Shown: positions 35,170-44,812 of the stretch, one piece after another | Layout: each line of letters opens with the position of its first letter | Numbering within the stretch: the first letter of the stretch is position 1 | From: Candidatus Woesearchaeota archaeon | Lineage (GTDB): Archaea; Nanobdellota; Nanobdellia; Woesearchaeales; GCA-023898365 | NCBI GenBank assembly: GCA_023898365.1 | Contig: CP060219.1 | Coordinates: 133,743 to 197,742 of the forward strand | DNA length: 64,000 nt | Reading direction: 5' to 3' | Notes under the pieces: model-generated | What the model was told of the DNA's origin: nothing | Seen by the model: only the letters and a program-made list of their open reading frames with translations | Databases searched by the model: none | Position numbers and translations under genes: made by a program

Positions 35170-37032
35170 TTATTGCTTTTTAACCTTCTGTTTTAACCGA
35201 GCAATCATGTCTTCGCTTTGTTTAATCCGCTCATAGCGCTGTTGACGAAGAGCATCTTCCTGAGAAGCAAAAGTGGCCTGCGCTGCAACCACCTCTTTTT
35301 TTGCAAGGTCATCAATAGGAGGGGCAGCACCACCACCCGATCTCGAAGAAGAAATGTGAGATTTCAACGCCTTCGTTCGTTCATGCATCTGCTTAAGTGA
35401 TCGCACTTGTTTTCGTTTAGAGGAAGAAAAATAATTTGCAGGAAGCAAATAGACAAGGAGAAACAAAATAACTGATGCAAGACCAACCAATTCAAACCAA
35501 TGAATGGCAAGTAGGGCGATGCGAGACTCGATGATATTTACTAACAAAATTGTGGAACGCACAGAAGACATAGGAACTCCAAAAACACTCGGCAACGTAT
35601 TTAACACATCTTCAGAATCAGTAACATAAGAAGTGATCCACGATTCACCCTGATCGATACGATCAACCACCCAAACACCCTTCTTGGTGAACGGTTGAGA
35701 AATCTCTCTAAATTCAGCAGACTCCGGAATCAACTCTTTAACAACAAGATCTTCCAACGGACTTTCTCCCAAATTCAACAAATTAAGTGTGACGCGAATC
35801 TCATCTTGCGTAATGTACGCGACACTCTTTTGCACGAAGAGTTTTTTCTCAGGAATATATTGGCGAATGAACGGCAATGACGAGCTATACACCCTGTTTT
35901 TCCCATAAACAAATTCTCCAGCAGGGAAAAAATCAACACCTAACGAATCTTCATCAACATATTTGATCGCGTATTCGACCCGTTTTGACTTTCGAGGATT
36001 TAACGACATATCCCACGTAAGTGTTGAACCATCAGCATTCTTTGTTCCTTCGCCCGTATCAATAATTTCAAAACCCGAAGGAATCTCATCAGTGAGTTTT
36101 CCTGAAACAAGAAGCGGATCAAAATTATTCAAAATAAGTTTGACGTCAATAACGTCTCCTGGTAAGACTTGTGTTGAAGAAACAGTTTTTCTTAAAAACA
36201 CATTATTCAAAAGGAAGCTATTAAAGAACACATCTCGTCCAGTCCCATTTACTGAGGCATTCAAACTGTAATTAATCAAATCATCTTCAGTAAAGAGAGA
36301 AATATTGTTTGTTCTATTATACACGAACTGAGAGGCATCAAGAAACACGTCCGCTTGAAGCCAATAAATCTCCCCTTCGACCACTTCTTCATCGAAAAAA
36401 TCCTTCGCGTAAAATTCGCCAGGGCCAATTTGAGTAACCTCTCCTGTAAAATCCCACGATTCGAGTTCACGCGTAATATCCAAATCAGATGTTTTCGTCA
36501 CTTTAAATAAATCAAGTGTTAAATTAAAACTTGTTGGATTCTCAAAATGAACACTGATTAATCTTCTATCACGGCCAGTGATTGCTTCAACTTCTGGTTC
36601 GTTTTTGAGAAGTTGACCGAACACATCAGTGTAGACTTCGGGTTCTTCTTGGAAGATGCCACCTGCAAGAATAGGTTCCCCATCAACAATAGGATTAATC
36701 GACGTAATACCCAAAATATTGTAACTGAGTGAAATTGAGCTTTGCGGTTCAATACTAAAAATTATCAATCCTTGCGACGTCATCAATTGACCTGAAGAAG
36801 TTGCATTAGAGCGAAGTTCAAGACCAAACAAATTATACGGTATGTTAAGATTGTTAAGCGTGACTTCTTCTTGGTTATATATAGTGATTACTCCATCAAC
36901 ATTGACAACATAAAAATCATCGTAGAAACTTGTAATCTTGCCCGATTCGACAATATCAAAGACTATAGTACCTGCCGTTGCAAAAGGAAGGAGAAAAATG
37001 GCAAGAGTGAAAAAAAGAACAAACCATTTCAT
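35170..37032 (-). CDS. Type I membrane surface protein with two DUF11/CARDB-like modules and a cytoplasmic coiled-coil tail
   Basis: 620 aa. Signal 'FVLFFTLAIFLLPFATA'. Modules 'LPGDVIDVKLILNNFDPLLVSGKLTDEIPSGFEII' and 'IRVTLNLLNLGESPLEDLVVKELIPESAEF'. TM 'VGLASVILFLLVYLL'. Confidence 0.7.
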   Translation of the reverse strand: MKWFVLFFTLAIFLLPFATAGTIVFDIVESGKITSFYDDFYVVNVDGVITIYNQEEVTLNNLNIPYNLFGLELRSNATSSGQLMTSQGLIIFSIEPQSSISLSYNILGITSINPIVDGEPILAGGIFQEEPEVYTDVFGQLLKNEPEVEAITGRDRRLISVHFENPTSFNLTLDLFKVTKTSDLDITRELESWDFTGEVTQIGPGEFYAKDFFDEEVVEGEIYWLQADVFLDASQFVYNRTNNISLFTEDDLINYSLNASVNGTGRDVFFNSFLLNNVFLRKTVSSTQVLPGDVIDVKLILNNFDPLLVSGKLTDEIPSGFEIIDTGEGTKNADGSTLTWDMSLNPRKSKRVEYAIKYVDEDSLGVDFFPAGEFVYGKNRVYSSSLPFIRQYIPEKKLFVQKSVAYITQDEIRVTLNLLNLGESPLEDLVVKELIPESAEFREISQPFTKKGVWVVDRIDQGESWITSYVTDSEDVLNTLPSVFGVPMSSVRSTILLVNIIESRIALLAIHWFELVGLASVILFLLVYLLPANYFSSSKRKQVRSLKQMHERTKALKSHISSSRSGGGAAPPIDDLAKKEVVAAQATFASQEDALRQQRYERIKQSEDMIARLKQKVKKQ

Positions 37033-37739
37033 TCTGCACCCTTCTTTCGAAACGTAAAAACTGTTTTACCTAAGACGAGCACGATAACAATCAACCAAAA
37101 GATGTTTACCGCCCTAATCTTATCGTTTCTAAAGAAGGGAATAATCGAGTATTCAAAACTCAAACGCTCAGTTGGACCCCATTCGAGCAAAGTTGATGAG
37201 CCTTCTGAAGAAACAAGGGCATCAGGGGCGAACGTTACATGATATTTCTTTGGCAAGACAAACGAGGTCGTCTCAACTTTCCGTGGAATGGTAGTGTGCT
37301 CAGCAGGAATATCAATGCCATAGAATAAGATGCCTCGAGGCTTAAAATCTAACCAGTACGTCATAGTCACATCATAATAAAATTGTGGCAAAAGAGGATC
37401 CCAAATGGTAAACACAAGATCGGTAAAATCTGTTCCGGGAACAATCTTAGTATCTAGTCGTTGATCAAATTTGTTTTTTACGACAAATTCTGAGGCGCCA
37501 ATTGATTCTTCACGATCACCACCACTTACTAACTTTGAAAGTTTGAAATGAATCTCACCAGGAATAATAGGATTGTCGCCAACATTCTTGAGGCGAATTT
37601 CTTTTTGTACAAGAATTTTTCCATCTTCTAAAGAGTAAGTGGTTTGATAATTATCAAAAACAACAACTTCAGCAGAAACTTGAGATAGAGTGATAAGTAG
37701 GGAGAATAACAAAACCAGTAACGTAATTGATGTTCTCAC
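37029..37739 (-). CDS. Type I membrane protein, beta-rich ectodomain
   Basis: 236 aa with a GTG start. Signal 'ITLLVLLFSLLITLSQVSA' and C-terminal TM 'IFWLIVIVLVLG'. ATGA overlap with the 620-aa gene. Confidence 0.65.
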   Translation of the reverse strand: MRTSITLLVLLFSLLITLSQVSAEVVVFDNYQTTYSLEDGKILVQKEIRLKNVGDNPIIPGEIHFKLSKLVSGGDREESIGASEFVVKNKFDQRLDTKIVPGTDFTDLVFTIWDPLLPQFYYDVTMTYWLDFKPRGILFYGIDIPAEHTTIPRKVETTSFVLPKKYHVTFAPDALVSSEGSSTLLEWGPTERLSFEYSIIPFFRNDKIRAVNIFWLIVIVLVLGKTVFTFRKKGAE

Positions 37740-37794
37740 GGAACTTTACACCCCCAAAGTTGAAAAAATGAAAATAAAAAAAAATTGGAAGAAC

Positions 37795-39639
37795 CTATTT
37801 GTACTTCCTTAGCTTATGATTGATCTGCCTAGTCATCAACACGTTTGCTACATTGATCGCGATCAAAAACACCACGAGGCCAACATAGAACAATTCTCTT
37901 GTTCGCGTGCCAAGGACCGATCTCATCAAAATAGCTTCCGAACCACCAGCTCCATCAACTTTACGAGGGTCCAATCCTACAATGTAAAGTTCAGACGCAC
38001 GATAGTCACCGGATCCGTTTACCCAGTAACTCACATTCCAAGTCCTGTTATTGTATGACTCACTGATTGGACCAAGAGATGAGTTGTAAGGATTCTTCAA
38101 TGGAATATTCCATTGATGAGTCGTACCGTTAAACTCGGTGTTGGTAACGTTGGCGGACGCGTCTGGCGTTCTACTATACGTATAGTTGAATGGCGTGAAT
38201 TCTGAAGGCACGAAGTCGTAGACCGTGACCACTAAGTGTTGTGGCGTCCAGTCATTTCCAATGTTTTCAACTAAGATGTCAATGCGATATTGATCTTCGT
38301 ATGTTGAAACAACATCCTTATGCACTTCAAGCCAGTAGCCATTTACCACGTAGATGTACTTCATATAATAATCGTTGCCATTTCTCGTATATGTCGAGTT
38401 TAAAATTTGATTATAGGCGTTGATTATGTTGAAGTAAGGCAACATCCACACAACAGGTGGTGGAGAAGTTACCGGATCACTTCCGTCGGTAAAGTTAAAT
38501 TCCCATGCAGTGCTTAAGTAACCTGTTGACAAGTTGATTTCTTGATTTGGATACACCGTTGAGTTGAGTAATCCAAAGTCAGTCGTTCGGTTCGTCATAT
38601 TAAGCGTTGTTGTAACCCACATAGATAATTTTGTCAAGCGGTAAGCAATGTTAATTGGCGTGGTAACATTAGACCGCGCTTCCCACGTCACATTTGTATT
38701 GTTCTCATTATCTGCAGGCTGCACAATTCTTTTTGTTAAGTGATCATGTGCTTGCGCAGAAGCAATAACTGAATCTAAAGAGAGGTTAGATGCTAAATAG
38801 GAAATATTGTATCTAAGCGTCTCAGTGATTGCCTTGTACGTATCTGACGTTGGAACATTGTTTGGCGCAGTCACATTGTACTGAATCCAGACAGTTTCGC
38901 CAGGAACTAAGGTTCCTGCACTCGCTTGCCAATACCAACTCGTGTTACTTGTTCCATTCCCGTGGAGATTAGCAAAATCTCCAAGCTCGTAGAGTTCGTC
39001 AAGAGAGAACAAACTGTTTGTTCCATTCCATAAAATACCATTAACTTGGATAGAAATATTAATATCATTTACATTCTGGCCGACAGCTAAAACGTTGCTT
39101 GCTGATTGATTAACTTGCCAAGTGTGACCAGCAAGAACCTTCCTGTTAAATCCATGTTCGACATTTCCATAAGAAGTGTTAATATCTAATGGTGGTTGAA
39201 CTGAACCACAAGACATATTATAGTTAAACGTTGAAAAATTTCCTGCTCGAAGTTGAGGAATATGAACTTGAAAGACATCTCCTGGAGCAGAACCAAGAGT
39301 TTGCGAACCGTATCTTCCTGCAATGAGTGTGAAATTCGTACTCATTGTGTCCGTGTTCGAGAAGTTAATATAGATATCATCTACCGTGTCCGGACTTGGA
39401 TTAGTCACGTTGAGAATTCCAATGATCTCACATGTTGTCGTTGATTCCGTTAAATAAAAATTTTCTGCGTAGGTAACATTCTGATTGACTGTTTCAACCA
39501 ATGAAATGTTAATCCTTGTCGGAAGCGCTGAAGCCACCGACATAAATAGCAATCCTAACACTAAGAGAAAAATAGCTCGTCTCACCTTGGTCACCTTTGT
39601 ATATCTTTGAAAACGAATAGTTTCATGCGAGCAACACAC
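37795..39639 (-). CDS. Heavily sequon-decorated type I membrane surface protein
   Basis: 614 aa with about 30 N-x-S/T sequons counted by eye. Signal 'AIFLLVLGLLFMSVASA' and C-terminal TM 'LFYVGLVVFLIAINVANVLM'. An alternative GTG start at 39585 has GGTGA upstream. Confidence 0.7.
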   Translation of the reverse strand: MCCSHETIRFQRYTKVTKVRRAIFLLVLGLLFMSVASALPTRINISLVETVNQNVTYAENFYLTESTTTCEIIGILNVTNPSPDTVDDIYINFSNTDTMSTNFTLIAGRYGSQTLGSAPGDVFQVHIPQLRAGNFSTFNYNMSCGSVQPPLDINTSYGNVEHGFNRKVLAGHTWQVNQSASNVLAVGQNVNDINISIQVNGILWNGTNSLFSLDELYELGDFANLHGNGTSNTSWYWQASAGTLVPGETVWIQYNVTAPNNVPTSDTYKAITETLRYNISYLASNLSLDSVIASAQAHDHLTKRIVQPADNENNTNVTWEARSNVTTPINIAYRLTKLSMWVTTTLNMTNRTTDFGLLNSTVYPNQEINLSTGYLSTAWEFNFTDGSDPVTSPPPVVWMLPYFNIINAYNQILNSTYTRNGNDYYMKYIYVVNGYWLEVHKDVVSTYEDQYRIDILVENIGNDWTPQHLVVTVYDFVPSEFTPFNYTYSRTPDASANVTNTEFNGTTHQWNIPLKNPYNSSLGPISESYNNRTWNVSYWVNGSGDYRASELYIVGLDPRKVDGAGGSEAILMRSVLGTRTRELFYVGLVVFLIAINVANVLMTRQINHKLRKYK

Positions 39640-39870
39640 CCTTGAAACCCACAGAGCTAAAAACCGAAGTTTTCATATATAAATGTTTCGAAAAAATGTC
39701 TGTTAGAATAGAAAAATCTGACATTTTTTGTTAGCACGTTTGAAGAGTAACGAAAAACTATGTAAAAAAATATTCAACAAAAACTTCTGCTTGAGAACAG
39801 TCACTAACATCACGTTCTATGACTGCATCTATAGCAAGACTTATAAAGTGGATTTATCCAAAATAGGTTC

Positions 39871-40800
39871 ATGGTTCATAGGAAACCAGCTGGTCCAAAA
39901 GGACTTGGGCTAGTTGTTATACTTTTCACGCTCTTCTTCTTAGTGGCAGTAATCCCTTTCACAACAAGCATTAGCGTTAATCCACAAGAAACAATAATTG
40001 AGCGGATTGACCAAGAAAATATCATTCGCATCAGCATCATCAATAATGATGTTGAAGTCCAAAACATTCAACTGCAAACGAGTCAAGAATCAAAGTATCT
40101 TGACAGACATTTTTCTATCAACCCAACATTATTCGGTCTTTCACCTGGCGAAACAAAAGTTATTGAAGTGCAACCAACAGACTTACTTTCTGTAACACCC
40201 GAAAAACATCATTTTTCCTTATTAGTAATCAGTGTTGACGAAGAAAATCAAGAGCAAACAATTAGTGGCGCAATCACCATTTATTTTACCAAAGAAGGAG
40301 ATCAACAACCTTCTCTTCATTTTGACAAACTTACCGTGGTGAGTTCTTCACCAGAAGAAATTGTTTACAGTGTAGATCTTCTTAACAATGGCAACATAAA
40401 TGATTGGATTAAGCCACGCGTTTCTTTATTTGACGAATCAAGAAATGAGGTGTTCTCTACAACGTATAAAAAACCATTTCTTCTTGAACCAAGCCAATCA
40501 ACGACTTTGACTCTCCCTCAGCAATTTAGTAGATTAGAAAGAGGAACCTATACACTTCGTGTTCAGATGATTTACAACGAAAATCTCTCCTCGCCGCTTC
40601 GAGAAGCGCAAATTACTATTAACCAAGAACGTGCAAGGACAACAGAAGGAAACGATTACTCAATCCCTCTGGTCATCTCTCTAGGTGTGCTCGGACTCTT
40701 AGGATTCATCTTGTATCGATACCGAGAATACATAAAAATCAAAGAAGAGCTTGAAAAAAAGCACAGCAACAAAGAAGGAACAAACACGAAGAAAAAATGA
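39871..40800 (+). CDS. Membrane-anchored protein with two Ig-like-looking beta modules; possible class III-like N-terminus
   Basis: 309 aa. N-terminus 'MVHRKPAGPKGLGLVVILFTLFFLVAVIPF'. C-terminal TM 'IPLVISLGVLGLLGFILY' with a Lys-rich tail. Confidence 0.65.
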   Translation: MVHRKPAGPKGLGLVVILFTLFFLVAVIPFTTSISVNPQETIIERIDQENIIRISIINNDVEVQNIQLQTSQESKYLDRHFSINPTLFGLSPGETKVIEVQPTDLLSVTPEKHHFSLLVISVDEENQEQTISGAITIYFTKEGDQQPSLHFDKLTVVSSSPEEIVYSVDLLNNGNINDWIKPRVSLFDESRNEVFSTTYKKPFLLEPSQSTTLTLPQQFSRLERGTYTLRVQMIYNENLSSPLREAQITINQERARTTEGNDYSIPLVISLGVLGLLGFILYRYREYIKIKEELEKKHSNKEGTNTKKK

Positions 40801-42188
40801 AACGCGTAATTATTTTCATTTCTGTTGCGATAGTGATTTCGCTTATCTTCCTCTTTCCAAAACAAAGTGATGGATGCGATTGCGCAGGATCATTACTCTC
40901 AAAAGAAACCTTATGTCTTGGCATTCCTCTTTGTCAGGAAACGATTGTGGCGGCTCCAGAAAAAGAACCAACAGCTATTGATCAAACAACCAGTATTCCA
41001 AACAGTAGCAATACGACTTCCGTACTGCAGAACTCCACTATCAGTAATACCACAAATCAAAATCAGTCGCAAGCTGTTGAGCTAGTCACTGAGAACCCTG
41101 TTTCCACTTCATCCAACACAAGTTCAAATGAATCACTGGTGTGTTCCGCTGATTGCGCAACAATTCGTGAACTGCTCAAAGCAACAGAGCTTGGCACGTA
41201 CGAACAATTTTCAAATTACACGTATAGTAACAATGAGCGAGAAGCAATTGTGCTTGCCATCGACACGTCTGAAAGCATGCAGCGTAGAATCGGACATGCA
41301 AAAGAAGCAGCAAAACAACTTATCGATCTCATCGGCTATGAAGATAGCGTTCTCATTCTCTCATTTGATCAAGAAACAAAAATTTCGTATGGGTTTACGA
41401 ACGACAAAACAGTGCTCAAGAGCCAAATCGATGCATTGACGGTAGGTCTTGGCACTGACGGGTATGAGTTATTTAGAAAAACAAATCTTGTCTTAAACAC
41501 ATTTGACGCGCCAGTAAAAAAACTCATCGTTATTACTGATGGTATTTTTTGGGATGATGGCACAAACCAAACTGCAATTGAAGCTGCACAAGCCACGTAC
41601 TGCATAAATATTATTACTCAAGGTGTTGATATCCTCAAGGATAAAAACAAAGAAAAGCGGATCAAGAATCTAGTAAATGCATGTGGCAGTTATTATTACA
41701 GCCCAGAAACCCCTGAAGAATTGTTTACTCTTATGAATTTGATTTATCACGAAATTGAAGAAGGGTCAAACGAGTTATCCCTTCGCATCAAACTATCACA
41801 TGACCTGGTTGCAAAAAATGAAAATGTAACCATTTCTAGTCTTGCATTCTCCTCATACACAGGCATGGTCTTGCCGTTTTCAAACGACGCATACTGTATT
41901 GAAGCGCCCATTATTACTCTAAATACAAAGGAGTTGTCGACGAAAGGGAGCTGGCAAGAACTATCAACCAACGATCTTATTCCAGGAGAAAACATTCTTG
42001 TTTTACATGCCAAGATCCCCGGATGCAATATTGTAGGTTCAAAAGAATTTGAAGTTATCGTACAGCGAAACAAAGATTATGATTTCCTCACCGTTCTATT
42101 CATTCTCCTTCTGGTTGGGAGCAGCAGTTATTTCTTTATCAAACCAAAACATGTTCGCGCAGTTAAGTTGTTCTTCGGGTTTAAATAA
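40797..42188 (+). CDS. von Willebrand factor A domain membrane protein
   Basis: 463 aa. MIDAS 'AIDTSESM', '...GLGTDG...' and 'IVITDG'. TM helices at both the N- and C-terminus. 4-nt overlap with the upstream gene. Confidence 0.8.
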   Translation: MKRVIIFISVAIVISLIFLFPKQSDGCDCAGSLLSKETLCLGIPLCQETIVAAPEKEPTAIDQTTSIPNSSNTTSVLQNSTISNTTNQNQSQAVELVTENPVSTSSNTSSNESLVCSADCATIRELLKATELGTYEQFSNYTYSNNEREAIVLAIDTSESMQRRIGHAKEAAKQLIDLIGYEDSVLILSFDQETKISYGFTNDKTVLKSQIDALTVGLGTDGYELFRKTNLVLNTFDAPVKKLIVITDGIFWDDGTNQTAIEAAQATYCINIITQGVDILKDKNKEKRIKNLVNACGSYYYSPETPEELFTLMNLIYHEIEEGSNELSLRIKLSHDLVAKNENVTISSLAFSSYTGMVLPFSNDAYCIEAPIITLNTKELSTKGSWQELSTNDLIPGENILVLHAKIPGCNIVGSKEFEVIVQRNKDYDFLTVLFILLLVGSSSYFFIKPKHVRAVKLFFGFK

Positions 42189-42379
42189 AAGCAATAAACA
42201 GTCTTTCATAAGAGGAAGCGAACTCTCGCAGTGCTCGTTTTTTCACAAAGAATCATTCTCTTACCAAACAAAAAGCTAATTGCGCAAAAGATAGGAAAAT
42301 CATCAAAAGAAAAACACATGAAGAGATAAACACGTGAAGAACTTAAAAAAAACACTATTAAAAAAATATACGATCGCTC

Positions 42380-43690
42380 TTAACTCATTTTTACTGGCCA
42401 GACATACTCCAATTCCTGATTGATCGCTTCAGGAGCAGTAACAACCACTTCTTCAGTTGTGCCTGTTCTTGGAATAAGTCGAATATCAAATGATTCGCCG
42501 CCTTCAATCGAAGAAGGTAAACGGAAATGTATTTTGATGACGTCATCTTCATGAACTGAACCAAGTGAATAATCAGGTCCACGTTTTGCATAGGTTACTG
42601 CGAACGTTCCTTGACCCACAGAAGGAGGTGAAACTGTAAACGTGTCGCCCGCATCAATAGTACGCTTAGCAGTCGTCAGACCATACGTTTCTAAATAACC
42701 TGCAGGATCACCAGCAAGCGTAGTAAAAGACGTCCTTGACTTGTCAAAGGTTGCACCAATCGAAGAAATATCTCCTCCTAAAGGAACGGCGACACCTTCT
42801 GTTGAGTTATATTGCACAGAAACATTTCCATCCGATGAGAAGAAAAAGATAGCGTGCGACTCATTCAAACCCATCCACTCATACTCTTGATCGTTATCAT
42901 GATCATTAGCTAAATAGTAAGGATTCCTAAATAGATGCACTTGATTTGCGTTAATGCCGTTCGAGTTGTTGTTTTTTCCAAAAATAGAAATTAGCCCATA
43001 TCCGGATATGTTTGTTAAAAAGTTTCCAAACTGACCCCCGCCAGAACCGATAAGTCGAACGCCACCAGATGCATTAACAGGCCTCACGTACTGAATTCCT
43101 GCACTGGAGACATTGATCATGAGCCATCTTGTTCTCGAAGCTTGACCAAAGCAAGGATTCGTGGCAAGATTTCCAACATCACTTCGACAAGATCTCGCAG
43201 TTTCATTGATGCCATCGCCGTCAATATCCACATTCAGATTGACAAAGGCAAAAAATCCAATTTGCACTTTATTTGTCCCATAAAAAGGAGCATGAAGTTC
43301 ATCAAATTCTTGATCAGAATAAATAGTATACCCCGTAAATGAGTACGCAGCCTCAGCATCAACACCAGCATATTGATAGGAAGATGACGCATCGCTTGCA
43401 CCCGCCAGAATAGTGAGTTGACTTAGTGACATAATATCAGAACCAGGAGTTAAGTGAGCTACAACTTGGACATCTTCCAAATAACTGTCCGTACCATCAG
43501 TAGCAGTAATTTCGGTAACCAGTAAGTGCGAAGCAACATTTGAGTTCACAGAATTTCCCGCTTGGATGGTAGTTTCTTGAAACGACCCACTCGTTCGAAT
43601 TATAACTAATGAAACAAATCCAGCAATAATTATCATAGACAAGACGACAAGCACTAATCCGAGACCAGCAACAGCTCGCTTTCCAACCAT
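42380..43690 (-). CDS. Archaellin-domain (class III signal) protein, about twice normal archaellin length
   Basis: 'MVGKRAVAGLGLVLVVLSMIIIAGFVSLVIIRTSGSFQETTIQAGNSVNSNVASHLLV' aligns by eye to the archaellin N-terminus (..[45 protein letters not shown]). The maximal ORF starts at 43753. The ATG at 43690 is preferred: it gives a short basic pre-sequence and has GGGGTG 8-10 nt upstream. Confidence 0.75.
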   Translation of the reverse strand: MVGKRAVAGLGLVLVVLSMIIIAGFVSLVIIRTSGSFQETTIQAGNSVNSNVASHLLVTEITATDGTDSYLEDVQVVAHLTPGSDIMSLSQLTILAGASDASSSYQYAGVDAEAAYSFTGYTIYSDQEFDELHAPFYGTNKVQIGFFAFVNLNVDIDGDGINETARSCRSDVGNLATNPCFGQASRTRWLMINVSSAGIQYVRPVNASGGVRLIGSGGGQFGNFLTNISGYGLISIFGKNNNSNGINANQVHLFRNPYYLANDHDNDQEYEWMGLNESHAIFFFSSDGNVSVQYNSTEGVAVPLGGDISSIGATFDKSRTSFTTLAGDPAGYLETYGLTTAKRTIDAGDTFTVSPPSVGQGTFAVTYAKRGPDYSLGSVHEDDVIKIHFRLPSSIEGGESFDIRLIPRTGTTEEVVVTAPEAINQELEYVWPVKMS

Positions 43691-43818
43691 TGGACTACAC
43701 CCCACGATAATTCGTAAGTTGCACAATTTATAAAACTTCTCATTTAAGGACATGCTGGCAAGTTGAAGAAATAGTAAAAAACAAAACTATATAAAACAAA
43801 GTTTTTGTGCTTTAACCA

Positions 43819-44274
43819 ATGAAAATAAGCAAAGAAGTCATAAACAAAGCCGTTGGTGTCAAAGAGAGCTCCTGGCTAATTTCAGAACTCGAACTCTATG
43901 ACATTGATGGTGAAACAGAAGAAGAACTTCGTACGCAAGTTATTGAACACATTATTGAATATCTCGAAGATGTAAGCAAAATAGTAGTAGAAGTTGCCCA
44001 TCCTGAAAACATCACTTCGATGGAAGAAAGCGCTTGTTTTGCTGAAGAAGATATGCAAGAAGTAGACCTTCTGTTTAGAGACGTACATTATTTGCTGCGA
44101 AAGGCACAACGCATAAGGTACCTTCAAAATAAAGAGGAACTTTCTTCCTATCTTCTTGAATTTGAAACGAATTGGAAAGAACATAAAAAAACGTTCATAA
44201 CAATGCTTTCAAAACTCGAGAACTGCTGGAAAGAAAAAAAATCCATGCAAAAAACGGGTGCGTATTTTATATGA
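43819..44274 (+). CDS. Hypothetical acidic helical protein
   Basis: 151 aa. TATA-like CTATATAAAA (43787-43796) is centred about 27 nt upstream of the ATG. Confidence 0.5.
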   Translation: MKISKEVINKAVGVKESSWLISELELYDIDGETEEELRTQVIEHIIEYLEDVSKIVVEVAHPENITSMEESACFAEEDMQEVDLLFRDVHYLLRKAQRIRYLQNKEELSSYLLEFETNWKEHKKTFITMLSKLENCWKEKKSMQKTGAYFI

Positions 44275-44804
44275 ACATCATCATTTTTGGGAAACAAGGA
44301 TGTGGCAAAGGAACACAGGCAGCCAAACTTGCGCAAAAATTTGGCATCCCCGCAGTTTCTGTTGGCAACCGACTGCGAGAACTCGTCGCTTCTGGAAGTG
44401 AATTGGGTTTGAAGTTAAAGTCGTACATGGACAAAGGAGAACTCGTTCCTTTTGAAATCAACGTTGCCATTGTTAAGGAACTTATTGATACGCATCCGCA
44501 AGGCATGATTCTAGATGGATTTCCAAGAAATAAAGAACAAGCAGCGTGGCTTGCAAAAGAATGGCAGGTTGACGTCGTTATCGAATTAGAGATATCAGAC
44601 GAAGAAGCTATACGAAGAATTCTTGAACGAGCAGCGATTGAACATCGAAGCGATGACACCCCTGAAGTCATTCAAAAGCGCCTTGACATCTATCATCATG
44701 AAACCGAGCCTCTAAAACATTTACTTTCTGCAAAAAAAATAATAATCATTGATGGTTCTGGCAGCATTGAAGCAGTATTTGAACAAATTTGCAAGAAACT
44801 CTAA
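44271..44804 (+). CDS. adk: Adenylate kinase (short, bacterial-type, no Zn lid)
   Basis: 177 aa. P-loop 'GKQGCGKGTQ', 'MILDGFPRN', 'RSDDTPEVIQKRL'. Confidence 0.9.
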   Translation: MNIIIFGKQGCGKGTQAAKLAQKFGIPAVSVGNRLRELVASGSELGLKLKSYMDKGELVPFEINVAIVKELIDTHPQGMILDGFPRNKEQAAWLAKEWQVDVVIELEISDEEAIRRILERAAIEHRSDDTPEVIQKRLDIYHHETEPLKHLLSAKKIIIIDGSGSIEAVFEQICKKL

Positions 44805-44812
44805 ACGTGCAG

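Noticed and set aside
44267-44671. 134-aa ORF antisense to adk.
   Set aside because: It is the shadow frame of a confidently identified adenylate kinase gene, with Ser/Cys-rich, non-protein-like composition.
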